Positions 29,408-37,774 of a stretch of DNA of 64,000 nucleotides are shown piece by piece (the stretch's first letter is position 1; each line of letters opens with the position of its first letter). A model generated the notes under the pieces. That model was not told the origin of the DNA. It was given only the letters and a program-made list of their open reading frames with translations, and did not search any database. This DNA comes from Sulfurospirillum sp. (GTDB lineage: Bacteria > Campylobacterota > Campylobacteria > Campylobacterales > QNZT01). The position numbers were made by a program, and so were the translations under genes. The DNA lies in the NCBI GenBank assembly GCA_024762875.1, contig JANTGR010000001.1, positions 45,338 to 109,337 on the forward strand. Reading direction: 5' to 3'.

Positions 29408-29542
29408 ATGAAAAGAACATATCAACCACACAATACACCAAGAAAAAGAAAACATGGTTTTAGAGCTAGAATGAAAACTAAAAACGGAAGATTGGTTATC
29501 AAAGCAAGACGTGCAAAGGGTAGAAAAAGATTAGCCGTTTAA
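29408..29542 (+). CDS. rpmH: 50S ribosomal protein L34
   Basis: My own translation is [44 protein letters not shown] (44 aa). It is below the ORF-track cutoff. Confidence 0.95.
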   Translation: MKRTYQPHNTPRKRKHGFRARMKTKNGRLVIKARRAKGRKRLAV

Positions 29543-29868
29543 GAGACTTTACTACACTTAAATCGACAAAAGAATTTTCTTATGTATATCATAATGCTAA
29601 GAAATTTCATACCAATGCAGTCTTGGTTTTTTATAAAAAATCTCCCCAAAAACGTATCGGCTTTACAGCCAGTAAAAAGGTTGGTAATTCCGTTGAACGT
29701 AATTTTTCTAAAAGAAGACTAAGGGCTGTATTCTTGGATTTTCAGGAAAAGTTGGATGATGGTATATTTGTTTTTGTGGCTAAAAAAGATATTTTATCTA
29801 TTGGATATAAAGAGTTACAAAAGAACCTTCAATATGCTTTTAAAAGGGTAGGTGCTTTTAAAAAGTGA
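29530..29868 (+). CDS. rnpA: ribonuclease P protein component (start codon uncertain)
   Basis: The frame is open from 29524. RnpA-like sequence ([31 protein letters not shown]...[19 protein letters not shown]) begins at about 29542. The first canonical start is the TTG at 29623, and the only plausible upstream initiator is the ATT at 29530. Confidence 0.8.
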   Translation: MSRLRDFTTLKSTKEFSYVYHNAKKFHTNAVLVFYKKSPQKRIGFTASKKVGNSVERNFSKRRLRAVFLDFQEKLDDGIFVFVAKKDILSIGYKELQKNLQYAFKRVGAFKK

Positions 29869-30221
29869 TAAAAAAATGTGTACTCTATTTTTTAAAAATT
29901 TATCAAAAATTTTTTACACTTCTGGGTTACGGTTCCTGTCGTTATTATCCCACTTGCTCCGAGTATGCCAAATGGCAGTTTCAGGAAAATTCCTTTTTTA
30001 AAGCACTCTATTTTTCTATACTGCGCATTCTAAAATGCAATCAACTTTTTCCAGGTGGTATTGATTATCCTATTGTAAAAAAGAGCTTAAATTGTAATAA
30101 AGTTTGTTCTCATCAACAAGACAAAAAGCTTTTTTTTGTAAAATTTTATCTTGTTCCAAAGGGACAGCAAAAAAACAGTTATTACCTCATAAAAAGTTTC
30201 AAAAAGGACAACATTGATTGA
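29865..30221 (+). CDS. yidD: membrane protein insertion efficiency factor YidD
   Basis: It has the motif SCRYYPTCSEYA. The GTG start overlaps the rnpA stop (GTGA). At 118 aa it is longer than typical. Confidence 0.85.
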   Translation: MIKKCVLYFLKIYQKFFTLLGYGSCRYYPTCSEYAKWQFQENSFFKALYFSILRILKCNQLFPGGIDYPIVKKSLNCNKVCSHQQDKKLFFVKFYLVPKGQQKNSYYLIKSFKKDNID

Positions 30222-30225
30222 CAAA

Positions 30226-31824
30226 ATGACCCAACAGCAAAGAATGATACTTGCATTAGTATTAAGTTTTATATTTTTTATGGCTTATGAATACTATATG
30301 GTACCGCAAAAAGGTACTTTAAATGCCACAGATACAAATAAGACAAGCATGGTCAAAAGCGGCCAGCCTGCTTCGCCAGTGACTACTGCTTCATCAGCAC
30401 CGATATCAGAAGCTCCTGTCTCTTCTCAAGGTAAAAGTGAAGTGATAGATGTCCACCAAAATGATCATGTTATTACCAGTGTCAATGCGAAAAAATTTAG
30501 AGCGCAGTTTGATGAATTGGGCCGCATTCAGAAATATGAAGTTTTAATTGAAAGATTTAAAGATAAAGATGGGAACTATCCCAATATTATAGCTGATAAA
30601 AGCCCTTTAAAACCATTGGAAATACGTTTTTCTGATGCTGCTTTGAATAATGAAGCATTTAAGACACCTTATACTGCAGACAAAACTGTTTTAGAGGTCA
30701 ACAATGGTGATGAAGTTTTAACATTGACACAGAAACTCTCATCCACTACTGTTATTAAAAAAATCACTTTTCATACTGATGGTTCTTATCAATTGCATAT
30801 TACACTCTCTGATGATGTGCCTTATTTTGTATCTCCTGGTTTTCGTCCTGATGCAGAAGCGGATATGTACACATTCAAAGGTGTCTTGATTGGTAAATCA
30901 GAAGGAAGTATCGAAACAATTGAAGATGGTGATGCCAAAGGAGATGAAATTTTCCATGGTGCAACAATTACTGCTGCTTCAGACAAGTACTACACAACCT
31001 CTTTTTATGATTTTGATAATGCGATGAATACTTTTATCTCCAAAGATGCCAATGAAGATCCTTTGGCATTTGTAAAAGGAAGCAGCAATTTAACACTCAA
31101 TGGATATATCGGTGCTAAAGAGTATGATGCCCTGGCTTCCATAGATAAACGTTTAACAAAAATAATCGAGTATGGCTTTTTTACATTTATCTCAAAGCCT
31201 GTTTTTCTCTTTTTAAAATATATCCATTCTATAGTTGGTAACTGGGGATGGGCTATTATTATTATTACTTTATTAATTCGATTGGCCTTGTATCCTTTGA
31301 CATATAAAGGCATGGTCTCCATGAATAAACTCAAAGCACTTTCTCCCAAAATAAAAGAGATCCAAAAGCAGCACAAGGGTGATCCGCAAAAAATGAATGC
31401 CAAGATGATGGAACTGTATAAAAAACATGGTGCAAATCCTATGGGTGGCTGTTTGCCGATGTTGATGCAAATTCCAGTATTTTTTGCTATTTATCGTGTA
31501 CTTTTAAATACAATTGAGCTCAAGCATGCTCCATGGATGGGATGGATTCATGATCTTTCTGTCATGGACCCTTATTATGTATTGCCTATCCTTATGGGCG
31601 CGAGTATGTTCTGGCAACAGCGTATCACACCGACCAATTTTACAGACCCTATGCAAGAAAAAATTATGAAGTTCCTACCACTGATCTTTACATTTTTCTT
31701 TGTTACTTTCCCTGCAGGATTAACACTGTATTGGTTTGTGAACAATCTTTTCTCTGTAGCACAGCAATACTATGTCAACAGTATTTTTGCAAAACAAGAA
31801 AAAGAGAAAGCTGCCCTGTCATGA
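30226..31824 (+). CDS. yidC: membrane protein insertase YidC
   Basis: It has a periplasmic domain plus a conserved C-terminal core (GWAIIIITLLIRLALYPL, GGCLPMLMQIPVFFAIY). The ATG at 30226 is preferred over the in-frame TTG at 30214. Confidence 0.95.
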   Translation: MTQQQRMILALVLSFIFFMAYEYYMVPQKGTLNATDTNKTSMVKSGQPASPVTTASSAPISEAPVSSQGKSEVIDVHQNDHVITSVNAKKFRAQFDELGRIQKYEVLIERFKDKDGNYPNIIADKSPLKPLEIRFSDAALNNEAFKTPYTADKTVLEVNNGDEVLTLTQKLSSTTVIKKITFHTDGSYQLHITLSDDVPYFVSPGFRPDAEADMYTFKGVLIGKSEGSIETIEDGDAKGDEIFHGATITAASDKYYTTSFYDFDNAMNTFISKDANEDPLAFVKGSSNLTLNGYIGAKEYDALASIDKRLTKIIEYGFFTFISKPVFLFLKYIHSIVGNWGWAIIIITLLIRLALYPLTYKGMVSMNKLKALSPKIKEIQKQHKGDPQKMNAKMMELYKKHGANPMGGCLPMLMQIPVFFAIYRVLLNTIELKHAPWMGWIHDLSVMDPYYVLPILMGASMFWQQRITPTNFTDPMQEKIMKFLPLIFTFFFVTFPAGLTLYWFVNNLFSVAQQYYVNSIFAKQEKEKAALS

Positions 31825-32480
31825 TAAGAATAACAGCAGATACTCTTGAAGAGGCTTATACTAAAGCCTCTAATGCATTAAACAAGTCTGTTGTTGATTT
31901 GGATATCGAAGTTTTACAGGCTCCGTCAAAAGGTATTTTGGGGCTTTTTAAAAAGCCGGCTATTATCAAAGCTGTTATCAAAGGCGCTTCTTCTTCGTAC
32001 AAACCAGAAACAGATTCTTCTGACAGTATCCAATCGGATATCCAAACCGGTATTCAGACACTACTGGAAAATGCCTGTTTTGATGTAGAACTGGTAGAAG
32101 TAAAAGTCAATGACGACTTGGTTTATATCAAAATTGATGGTAAAGATGCGGCCTTGATGATAGGCAAAGAAGGTTATCGTTATAAAGCACTATCCTATAT
32201 ACTGCATAATTGGATAAAAATCAAATACAATAAAAATATATCCCTGGAAATTGCCGAATTTTTAAAAAATCAGGATCTGATGATTGAAGAGTATCTTCTC
32301 TCGATCAAAGAACGTGTCAATGAAAATGGCAAAGCCCAAACCAAACCACTGGATGGTATCTTGGTGAAATTGGCACTTGAAAAGTTGCGGGCAGCTTACC
32401 CTGAAAAGTATGTGGCTATCAGAACATTGCGTGATGGCAGAAAAATTGTAATCGTCAACGAATATAGAAAGGACAACTAA
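31821..32480 (+). CDS. jag: Jag/KhpB-family RNA-binding protein
   Basis: It has a Jag_N-like N-terminus (MIRITADTLEEAYTKASNAL...GLFKKPAIIKA) and a KH-like region (IGKEGYRYKAL). The ATG overlaps the yidC stop (ATGA). I reject the upstream ORF-track start at 31731. Confidence 0.8.
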   Translation: MIRITADTLEEAYTKASNALNKSVVDLDIEVLQAPSKGILGLFKKPAIIKAVIKGASSSYKPETDSSDSIQSDIQTGIQTLLENACFDVELVEVKVNDDLVYIKIDGKDAALMIGKEGYRYKALSYILHNWIKIKYNKNISLEIAEFLKNQDLMIEEYLLSIKERVNENGKAQTKPLDGILVKLALEKLRAAYPEKYVAIRTLRDGRKIVIVNEYRKDN

Positions 32481-33817
32481 TCGATACAATATGCGCGATT
32501 GCAACTGCTCATGGAGTAGGGGGGATTGCAATTGTACGGCTGAGTGGAAATGAGGCATATAGCATTGCCCTTAAAATGACGCAAAAAGATTTGTTAAAAC
32601 CACGTTATGCCACACTGACTAATCTATATGACGAGCACCATCAATTACTCGATGAGTCCATCATTATCTATTTTAAAAATCCACACAGTTTTACTGGAGA
32701 AGATGTCATAGAGTTTCAATGCCATGGTGGTTTGGTGGTAGCAGATATGATACTAAGCACTGCTCTTTCTTATGGTGCACGCTTGGCTACAGCTGGTGAA
32801 TTTAGCAAACGTGCTGTCATTAACGGGCGTATGGATTTAACCAAAGCGGAAGCGACGGCTAAGCTTATTGAAACTAAAAGTGTGGATGCTGCACGTATTC
32901 TTACGAAGCAGCTAAAAGGGGATTTATTTGATTTTGTCAATGCTTTGCGAGACTCATTGGTAGAAATCCTTGCCTTTGTTGAAGTCAATATTGATTATGC
33001 GGAAGAAGACCTTCCAGAGGATTTGGTAGATCAAATGCAGCAGAAATTGGAACAAAATGCCGCATTATTAGAAAAAAGTGTCATAGCCAGTGAGAGCAGG
33101 GAAGGGCTCTTAAATGGTTTTAAAGTCTCCATTATCGGCAAACCTAATGTTGGGAAAAGCTCATTGTTAAATGCCCTGCTATCTTATAATCGGGCTATTA
33201 TTTCCGATATTGCCGGTACCACGAGAGATACCATTGAAGAAGAGATTAAGATTGGTACACATTTGATCAAGATTGTAGATACTGCCGGTATCCGTGATGC
33301 AGATGAAGAGATCGAAAAAATTGGCATAGAACGCTCTATTGCAGCGATTGAAGAGTCTGAAATAGTGATTGCCTTGTTTGATGGCAGTCGAATCAAAGAT
33401 GAAGATGATGAAAAAATCATAGAGTTGATAAACCGCTATCATGATAAGAAAGAGATTATTATCGCTGTGAATAAAAAAGATTTGAAACAGCTCTTTGATA
33501 TAAGAGCTTTACCGCCACACACTATCAGTGTTTCTTCAAAAGAGAGTACGATTGAAATTACAGAAAAACTAAAAAAATATTTGGACTCTCAGACGATGGA
33601 AGATGAGATGATACTGATCTCTAAGCGACAAGTAACAGCAGTGAAGAGTGCTTTGAGGGCTATCAACGAGTCGCGTACACTCTTGATCAATGGAGAATTG
33701 GAGCTCTTTGCTTACCATATCAATGAATCGATTGAAGCTATCTCTTCAATCACAAAATCTTTTGAACGTGATGAAATTCTGGATAAAATGTTTTCCAGTT
33801 TTTGTTTGGGTAAGTAA
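32480..33817 (+). CDS. mnmE: tRNA modification GTPase MnmE (start codon non-canonical or uncertain)
   Basis: The frame is open from 32468. The conserved N-terminus IDTICAIATAHGVGGIAIVRLSG lies upstream of the first ATG (32576). The G-domain motif is GKPNVGKSSLLNAL, and the protein ends in the C-terminal FCLGK. The candidate initiator is the ATC at 32480, which overlaps the jag stop. Confidence 0.9.
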   Translation: MDTICAIATAHGVGGIAIVRLSGNEAYSIALKMTQKDLLKPRYATLTNLYDEHHQLLDESIIIYFKNPHSFTGEDVIEFQCHGGLVVADMILSTALSYGARLATAGEFSKRAVINGRMDLTKAEATAKLIETKSVDAARILTKQLKGDLFDFVNALRDSLVEILAFVEVNIDYAEEDLPEDLVDQMQQKLEQNAALLEKSVIASESREGLLNGFKVSIIGKPNVGKSSLLNALLSYNRAIISDIAGTTRDTIEEEIKIGTHLIKIVDTAGIRDADEEIEKIGIERSIAAIEESEIVIALFDGSRIKDEDDEKIIELINRYHDKKEIIIAVNKKDLKQLFDIRALPPHTISVSSKESTIEITEKLKKYLDSQTMEDEMILISKRQVTAVKSALRAINESRTLLINGELELFAYHINESIEAISSITKSFERDEILDKMFSSFCLGK

Positions 33818-33829
33818 GCATAGCATACA

Positions 33830-33862
33830 TTGAAACTATTTAATACACCTAGATAGTTTCAA
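33830..33862. terminator. AT-rich hairpin between convergent mnmE and rmuC (possible bidirectional terminator)
   Basis: A 10-bp perfect stem pairs TTGAAACTAT (33830-33839) with ATAGTTTCAA (33853-33862) around a 13-nt loop. Confidence 0.4.
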
Positions 33863-33900
33863 TAGGTACTTGGTTAACATAATATATATTCTCTTGAATA

Positions 33901-35124
33901 CTATTTGGTATTTTCTTTTATCTCTTTTGTATGCACCACTCCCTCAAGAGATTTTAAGTCTTGTGCCTTTTGCATGAGATTACCTTTGCCATTGCTGAGT
34001 TTTTTAAATGCATCATCATAGGCATCCTGTGCTTTATGCAATGCTGTATCTATTTTTTGCATCTCAAGTACAAAATTTGAAAACTTATCATACATTTCAC
34101 CTGCTTTTTTGGCTATCACTTTTGCATTTTTGTTTTGGTACTCAATACGCCAGCTGTTTTCTATGATACGCAAAACAGGTAATAATGTAGAAGGAGAAAC
34201 CAAAAAAATATTTTTTTGATAGGCAGTCATAAAAAGATTATTATCATGCTCCTGTGCCAAGAGCAAAGCCCCTTCAATAGGTACAAACATCAAGACGAGA
34301 TCCAGAGAATCTAATCCTTCTAAATTCTGATATGATTTGTTACTCAGTTGTTTGATATGAGTATGTATAGAATTTATAAAGGGTTTTATACTTTGATTTT
34401 CCCTATCATGATAGTAGTTTTCATAAGATTTTAATGAGACTTTAGAGTCTATAATCACATCACGGTTTTCTGGCAGTTTGATAAGTACATCTGGTCTAAA
34501 ACGTTCTCCCTTCTTGTTATTAAACGAAGGCTGAATTAGATACTCACGCCCTCTTTTCAAGCCTGAACTCTCCAATACCCGTTCCAGTACCATTTCTCCC
34601 CAGTCTCCCTGTAATTTGTTGTTCCCTTTGAGTGCATTGGTCAGATCATGGGCATCTTGACTGATTTGTTGATTGAGCTGCTGTAACTGCTTAACCTCTT
34701 TTGTTAAAGAGAAGCGTTCTTTTGATTCTTTGTCATAATAAGCAGCAAGCTGTGTATGAAGTGCTTGCATATCTTCTTTAAAGGGATGGATGATATTATG
34801 TAGATTGTGACTGTTTTGTTGTGTGAGATCTGCACTGTTTTTTCTCAGAATATGATGTGCAATATTTTCAAACTCTTCTTTCATGAGCAGTTTGGATTGA
34901 TTCATTTGTTCCAAGCGCTCTTTATAGGTAGAGAGTGTGAGAGTAAGGCTGTGGTTTTGTTCTTTTTGTTCCTGCAGTCTATCTACAAGTCCCCTGCTCT
35001 CATAGCGAAGTTTTTGAAATTCTCTCTCTTTTTTGATGTAATACCACCAAAAAAAAAGTCCACAAACCAATAGTGCTGATAAAAAGCCTAACAATACATT
35101 GATATATACTTCATCTATAAACAT
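33901..35124 (-). CDS. rmuC: DNA recombination protein RmuC
   Basis: 407 aa. It has an N-terminal TM helix, a long coiled coil, and an RmuC nuclease-like C-terminus (RPDVLIKLPENRDVIIDSKVSL, LVLMFVPIEGA). Confidence 0.9.
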   Translation of the reverse strand: MFIDEVYINVLLGFLSALLVCGLFFWWYYIKKEREFQKLRYESRGLVDRLQEQKEQNHSLTLTLSTYKERLEQMNQSKLLMKEEFENIAHHILRKNSADLTQQNSHNLHNIIHPFKEDMQALHTQLAAYYDKESKERFSLTKEVKQLQQLNQQISQDAHDLTNALKGNNKLQGDWGEMVLERVLESSGLKRGREYLIQPSFNNKKGERFRPDVLIKLPENRDVIIDSKVSLKSYENYYHDRENQSIKPFINSIHTHIKQLSNKSYQNLEGLDSLDLVLMFVPIEGALLLAQEHDNNLFMTAYQKNIFLVSPSTLLPVLRIIENSWRIEYQNKNAKVIAKKAGEMYDKFSNFVLEMQKIDTALHKAQDAYDDAFKKLSNGKGNLMQKAQDLKSLEGVVHTKEIKENTK

Positions 35125-35132
35125 CTGCTTAG

Positions 35133-35146
35133 TTTATCATGATAAA
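35133..35146. repeat. copy of the iterated palindrome (14-bp TTTATCATGATAAA), 9 bp upstream of the rmuC start
   Basis: Read directly from the sequence. It is identical to the 14-mer at 915-928. Confidence 0.9.
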
Positions 35147-35162
35147 GCATAGAAGCGCTAAA

Positions 35163-35313
35163 ATATTTCAATTTGAAATATGGTCATCTCCAATGCCATT
35201 AAGTTCAGAGATTTTAAGCACGGTTTATCTGTGCGTGAGCCCTCCGCTGAGGAGAACTTAGCGTTAGCGTAGCTTTTGGGACTTTGTTCCAAAAGCGTTA
35301 ACTTAATGGCATT
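35163..35313. repeat. structured intergenic spacer: 19-bp AT palindrome, 14-bp inverted repeat pair and internal hairpin
   Basis: ATATTTCAAtTTGAAATAT spans 35163-35181. AATGCCATTAAGTT (35192-35205) pairs with AACTTAATGGCATT (35300-35313). The hairpin pairs GCTTTTGG (35272-35279) with CCAAAAGC (35289-35296). Confidence 0.6.
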
Positions 35314-35324
35314 AATGAACACCT

Positions 35325-36017
35325 CTAAAATGGCCAGACACTTTTTATGACTTTTGAGCCCCAGGGCTGTTTTGTTGCTTCTTGGATGTCATCTTCATTG
35401 AGATAAAGAATCTTTGCATCTGCTATGTATTTTGAATTGATTGTATTGTATTGATCGATATCATTGGAGCGGATAACGCCAGTTACTTGTACAATCTGTT
35501 TAGAGTCATTGATAAATATTTCTCTTCGACCCGCTATGAAATAATTACCGTTATGCAGTATCTTTATCACACGTGCGGTGATAGTCGTATTAAATTTTTC
35601 ATTTCTTGAGGCAGCACCGGTACCTGAAAAGGTATTGTTTGAATTGGTTTTAAAGCTCATATCTGTCAAACCATTGAGGTTTTTGAGAACCCCTCCTCCA
35701 AATACGCCGCCACCAAGGTTATTTTGTGACAAATCGGATATTTTTTTATTTCCAACTGATGACTGTGTCGCACTTTCATTGATAACGACAGTCACAATAT
35801 CATTGACATGCATAGCTTTATTATCTGAAAATATAGGGTTTTGCCCTCTTCCATACACACTGCCTTCATGTGCATAACATTTTTTATTGGCTGTAGTTGA
35901 TGGGTATTGCACATAATTAGGCGGTGTCATATCTATTTGTGGTGAAGCTGTATGGGCACTGCAGCCATTGAATATGATGATCATGCCTATCATGATAAAT
36001 GTTTTTATATATGTCAA
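35325..36017 (-). CDS. flgH: flagellar basal-body L-ring protein FlgH
   Basis: 230 aa. It has a lipobox (IIFNGCS) and FlgH-type sequence (GSVYGRGQNPIFSDNKAMHVNDIVTVVINE, ITARVIKILHNGNYFIAG). Confidence 0.9.
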   Translation of the reverse strand: MTYIKTFIMIGMIIIFNGCSAHTASPQIDMTPPNYVQYPSTTANKKCYAHEGSVYGRGQNPIFSDNKAMHVNDIVTVVINESATQSSVGNKKISDLSQNNLGGGVFGGGVLKNLNGLTDMSFKTNSNNTFSGTGAASRNEKFNTTITARVIKILHNGNYFIAGRREIFINDSKQIVQVTGVIRSNDIDQYNTINSKYIADAKILYLNEDDIQEATKQPWGSKVIKSVWPF

Positions 36018-36076
36018 CTTTTTTCCTAATATTGTATTGGTTATAATAAAAGCAAAATATGTGCCAAAGGATAGTA

Positions 36077-36523
36077 ATGCATGATGTAAAGAGCAGATTA
36101 CAAGCAGATTTAAAAGCTGCGATGATTGCCAAAGAGAATTTTACAAGAGATACCATTCGTTTTTTGATGGCTGCTATTAAACAAATAGAAGTAGATGAAC
36201 GTATTGAGATGGATGATGCCGGAATTTATAAATTGATTCAAAAATCACTCAAGCAGCGTGAGGATGCTGCCAAGCAGTACCAGGCAGCCAACCGTAATGA
36301 CCTTTATGAAAAAGAGATGGCAGAAGCAGATATACTCAAAACATATCTGCCTAAGCAGATGAGTGAAGATGAACTGACTGAAGTAATCAAAACGATTATA
36401 GCTGATGAAGGTGCAAGCAGCATGAAAGATATGGGCAAAGTGATGAAAAGTGTTACAGCGCAGGTAGGCTCCAGTGCAGACGGTAAAACCATCAGCACAC
36501 TTGTAAAGAAATTATTAATATAA
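36077..36523 (+). CDS. yqeY: GatB/YqeY-domain protein
   Basis: It reads MHDVKSRLQADLKAAMIAKENFTRDTIRFLMAAIKQIEVDER...MGKVMKSV. AAAGGA lies 5 nt upstream of the ATG at 36077. Confidence 0.85.
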   Translation: MHDVKSRLQADLKAAMIAKENFTRDTIRFLMAAIKQIEVDERIEMDDAGIYKLIQKSLKQREDAAKQYQAANRNDLYEKEMAEADILKTYLPKQMSEDELTEVIKTIIADEGASSMKDMGKVMKSVTAQVGSSADGKTISTLVKKLLI

Positions 36524-36610
36524 TTTAAATTAAATAATTAATATTTTAAATTTATTAAACTATAAAAGACTTTATTAGATAATAAAGATGTTTATATATA
36601 GGAGAATATT

Positions 36611-37705
36611 ATGAATTTAAATGTAAGTAGCAATGCACCGATTTTACTTTCCGCAGCGGTAGCATTGGCACTCAGTGGTTGTGCAGAAAAGAAAAGCTGC
36701 ATGACAGGAACGCCTGCTGTGAAGACTGCAAAAGTAATTGCCGTCAGTGATGATAAAGATTTGCAGATTGCCGCTTTAAAAGCAGCTATTGCTGAAGCAA
36801 GAAGCAAAAAGAAAACTATCATAAAAGAAGTGCCTGGTGAAGGTTCTTTGTATCCGCCTAATGCCAAACCGGGTGAATGTTATGCCAGAGTACTCACTCC
36901 TGCAAAATATGAAATCCAAACTGAAAAAGTATTGGCAAAAGATGCCAGTGAAAATCTCCAGGTTATTCCCGCAAAATACACTTGGACCACAAAAAAAGTA
37001 CTTGTTAAAGAAGCCAGCAACAAGATTGTATCTGTACCCGCAACATACAAGAGTGTAAAAGAAAAAGTATTGGTCTCTCCGGCTACTGAAAAACTGGTAT
37101 CTGTGCCAGCAGTATATGGTACAGTAACAGAGAAGATCCTGGTTCGCGATGCCCATACTGCATGGAAAAAGGGACGAGGTCCGGTTGAAAAACTAAATGG
37201 CGGTACAGGTGAAATTATGTGCCTTGTGAATGTACCTGCTGTGTACAAAAGCATTACAAGACGTGTTTTGAAGTCTCCAGCAACGACAAAAAGTATAGCT
37301 GTACCAGCTGTCTATAAAACAGTCACTACCCGTGTTGTAGCAACACCGGCAACAACCAAAACTGTAACTATCCCAGCTGTTTATAAAACAGTCAAAGTGA
37401 AAGAATTGGTTGAACCAGCAACTGTGAAACACACACCAATTCCTGAACAGTATCGTACTGTATCCAAGCGTGTAAAAGTGAGTGATTCATTCTTGAAATG
37501 GCAGCCTGTATTATGTAAAACACATATGACAAAGGTCAATATCCTCAGTGTACAAAAAGCATTAAAACATGCAGGTTTTAATCCTGGTCCATTAGACGGT
37601 ATCATGGGTTGGAGAACAAAAGCAGCACTGAATAAATTTCAAAAATCAAAAGGCATTTCTACAGGCGCTTTAACAAAAGAGACATTAAACGCATTGTCTT
37701 TGTAA
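36611..37705 (+). CDS. lipoprotein with ~23-aa tandem repeats and C-terminal peptidoglycan-binding (PG_binding_1-like) domain
   Basis: It has a lipobox (LALSGC), about 7 repeats of the form (V/I)PAxYKxVxxxVLVxPATxKxVx, and the C-terminal segment VQKALKHAGFNPGPLDGIMGWRTKAALNKFQKSKG. Confidence 0.75.
   Translation: MNLNVSSNAPILLSAAVALALSGCAEKKSCMTGTPAVKTAKVIAVSDDKDLQIAALKAAIAEARSKKKTIIKEVPGEGSLYPPNAKPGECYARVLTPAKYEIQTEKVLAKDASENLQVIPAKYTWTTKKVLVKEASNKIVSVPATYKSVKEKVLVSPATEKLVSVPAVYGTVTEKILVRDAHTAWKKGRGPVEKLNGGTGEIMCLVNVPAVYKSITRRVLKSPATTKSIAVPAVYKTVTTRVVATPATTKTVTIPAVYKTVKVKELVEPATVKHTPIPEQYRTVSKRVKVSDSFLKWQPVLCKTHMTKVNILSVQKALKHAGFNPGPLDGIMGWRTKAALNKFQKSKGISTGALTKETLNALSL
36896..37480 (+). 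repeat. diverged ~69-bp (23-codon) tandem repeat region inside the lipoprotein gene
   Basis: The repeat units are visible in translation: IPAKYTWTTKKVLVKEASNKIVS / VPATYKSVKEKVLVSPATEKLVS / VPAVYKSITRRVLKSPATTKSIA / VPAVYKTVTTRVVATPATTKTVT / IPAVYKTVKVKELVEPATVKHTP. The region also generates several spurious overlapping ORFs in other frames. Confidence 0.75.
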
Positions 37706-37720
37706 AAAGAGATGGACAGT

Positions 37721-37748
37721 GGGAGAGAGCATCTCCCCTGCCCTTTTT
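37721..37748 (+). terminator. putative rho-independent terminator
   Basis: A GC-rich 6-bp stem pairs GGGAGA (37721-37726) with TCTCCC (37732-37737) around a 5-nt loop. A T5 run follows at 37744-37748. It sits between convergent genes. Confidence 0.5.
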
Positions 37749-37774
37749 ATCTAAAATGATATAGTGTTTGTAAA

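Noticed and set aside
31731-31820. An upstream 30-codon extension of the jag ORF overlapping the end of yidC. Analogous ORF-track extensions occur at 41371-41436 (atpE), 43683-43718 (pnp), 44380-44445 (PRTase) and 36059-36076 (yqeY).
   Set aside because: The extensions overlap the upstream gene or lack a ribosome-binding site. Internal ATGs have good SD spacing and match the expected N-termini of the families.
36592-37605. A cluster of overlapping ORFs on both strands and in several frames (36592-36867, 36776-37156, 36837-37058, 36880-37254, 37193-37432, 37381-37605).
   Set aside because: They are artefacts of the 69-bp repeat structure of the lipoprotein gene at 36611-37705. Only that frame has a lipobox, a coherent repeat and a PG-binding domain.
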